64,000 nt of DNA from Candidatus Calditenuaceae archaeon (lineage in GTDB: Archaea > Thermoproteota > Nitrososphaeria_A > Caldarchaeales > Calditenuaceae): contig JANXEE010000017.1 in the NCBI GenBank assembly GCA_025058225.1, positions 2,084-66,083 of the forward strand, given 5' to 3'. The notes under the pieces are model-generated. The model saw only the letters and a list, made by a program, of their open reading frames with translations. It was not told where the DNA came from and did no database searches. Each line of letters opens with the position of its first letter. Position 1 is the first letter of the stretch. The position numbers were made by a program, and so were the translations under genes. Below, one piece after another: positions 62,999-64,000 of this stretch.

Positions 62999-63318
62999 CG
63001 GCTGTTCATCCTCCTGAGGATCATTTTAGCGCTTGTCCGCCGGCCGTCGGAAGAACCCCCGTGTATCAGGGGGACTATCGAGATTGTGTCTTCGTCCCTC
63101 ACGGCGATCTTGTAGCCGTAGACGGTCCTCGCGTCGACGCCGTTCACCAGTATGAGGAGACCGGACCTGATGGAACCGTACTCGTCAAGAACCAGTTCCC
63201 TTATGCCATCCGGGAGGAGATTGAGCGCATCCTTCAAGGCGATCTCCCCCTCTACTTTGATCTCGATAGATCCGGCTCCTGCAGCCCTCCTCAGGTGGCT
63301 GAAGAGCTCGACCCTCAT
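62995..63318 (-). CDS. MoaD/ThiS/SAMP-like beta-grasp protein with internal Gly-Gly followed by a 19-residue C-terminal tail
   Basis: MRVELFSHLRRAAGAGSIEIKV...LLILVNGVD...RDEDTISIVPLIHGG matches the MoaD/SAMP pattern (..vklFa.lre.aG...l...iLvNG.....l.dGDev.i.PPvsGG). The ORF then continues SSDGRRTSAKMILRRMNSR before the stop. Start taken at the internal MRVEL. Confidence 0.6.
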   Translation of the reverse strand: MRVELFSHLRRAAGAGSIEIKVEGEIALKDALNLLPDGIRELVLDEYGSIRSGLLILVNGVDARTVYGYKIAVRDEDTISIVPLIHGGSSDGRRTSAKMILRRMNSR

Positions 63319-63416
63319 CCTACACCCATCAACCCTCCCTGATATTAAAAACGTGCAATTCAACCTGTGAACTTACGTCAGACCTTCTACCTGGATGAGG
63401 CGTCCTGAGAGGGTGG

Positions 63417-64000
63417 TCACGCGGCCCTCCTCAACGACTCGAAGTTGTAAATCCTGACGTTACCGGCCTTCTGGACGTTATCGGCGACCCTCGCTCCGAC
63501 GACCATCACCTCACGCCCCCGCTCCCTCAGCAGGTCCACGAGCCTCTGAGTCACTACGCCGTCGAAGACCACGTACTTCACCTGACCGTCTGAGGAGAGC
63601 TTCTGGTAGAGCTCGCTGACGGGGACCCTGAAGACCTCTGAGAGGTCGTCCGTTAGCCCGATCGCCATCAGGCTACCCTCGATCTCCTCGACGTACCTTT
63701 TCAGCCTCTCAAGCGGTGCGGGCGCGTGCTCGATCCTTTCCGGTTCGACGGGGGCTCCTATCCTCCTCAAGGCATCGGCGAGAGGTAACGCGTTGGCAAG
63801 GGCTTCGGCGATCTCCTTCGCTCCCAGCGACTCGACCTCCTTCCCCTGAGGAGCCCTCGCGACCGAGTCGATCCTGATGCGTCTTGCAAGCTCCCTCAGT
63901 ATCATGTCTCCACCCCTGTCCCCGTCGAGAAACGCAATCACCCTCTTCCTGCTCACCAGCTCCTCGAGCGAGTAGGGCACCTTGACGCCCTCGACGCCTA
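63417..64000 (-). CDS. dnaG: Toprim-domain protein, likely C-terminal part of archaeal DnaG-like primase; 5' end beyond the window
   Basis: RVIAFLDGDRGGDMILRELARR...VARAPQGKEVESLGAKEIAEAL matches the archaeal DnaG Toprim DGDRGG...AP.GkEVE block. The reading frame stays open to the window edge. Confidence 0.5.
   Translation of the reverse strand, partial: GVEGVKVPYSLEELVSRKRVIAFLDGDRGGDMILRELARRIRIDSVARAPQGKEVESLGAKEIAEALANALPLADALRRIGAPVEPERIEHAPAPLERLKRYVEEIEGSLMAIGLTDDLSEVFRVPVSELYQKLSSDGQVKYVVFDGVVTQRLVDLLRERGREVMVVGARVADNVQKAGNVRIYNFESLRRAA

Noticed and set aside
1-64000. CRISPR arrays, rRNA genes, IS elements and integrases
   Set aside because: No regularly spaced direct repeats, no rRNA-like conserved stretches, and no transposase or integrase-like ORFs were seen on either strand. 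The only repeats are the short ones at 8470-8561 and 26068-26123.

Overview
This window is a gene-dense, high-GC (about 60%) segment of an archaeal chromosome. Evidence for archaeal origin includes archaeal-type LeuRS, ProRS and TrpRS, ribosomal proteins uS4, eS6 and eS24, aEF-1beta, Sec61beta, RNase P subunit Rpp21, Hjc resolvase, Cgi121, LysW/LysX, and an intron-containing tRNA. Many adjacent genes overlap by 1-4 nt. No rRNA, CRISPR array or obvious transposon/integrase was seen.

Most of the window is housekeeping or metabolism:
- translation factors;
- diphthamide enzymes Dph5 and Dph6;
- Sua5 and Cgi121 of the t6A/KEOPS pathway;
- a PoK-PPS-PanB archaeal coenzyme-A operon;
- dihydroorotate dehydrogenase, acyl-CoA dehydrogenase, an M1 aminopeptidase and an Lhr-type helicase.

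The regions most worth a second look are:
1. a TAT-exported fumarate-reductase-like flavoprotein translationally coupled to a DOMON/EB_dh-like-cytochrome-b fusion (17.9-20.9 kb);
2. orphan complex-I-like NuoD and NuoN/M genes with no other nuo genes nearby;
3. a tandem-CBS protein fused to a bacterial HPF/RaiA-like domain;
4. a MoaD/SAMP-like beta-grasp protein with a 19-residue tail after its Gly-Gly, heading a minus-strand cluster with MoxR, DUF58, a membrane protein and a large secreted protein;
5. an MBL-fold hydrolase translationally coupled to the CoA operon;
6. a roughly 12-bladed repeat beta-propeller next to an orphan ABC ATPase;
7. a stand-alone ParB/Srx-like DGHHR protein;
8. Dph5 with an unexplained C-terminal extension;
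9. a non-coding region carrying a repeated 12-18-mer that recurs at the LeuRS start.

All functional calls come from reading the translated ORFs and comparing them with remembered family motifs. No database search was run, so the calls should be treated as hypotheses to confirm.
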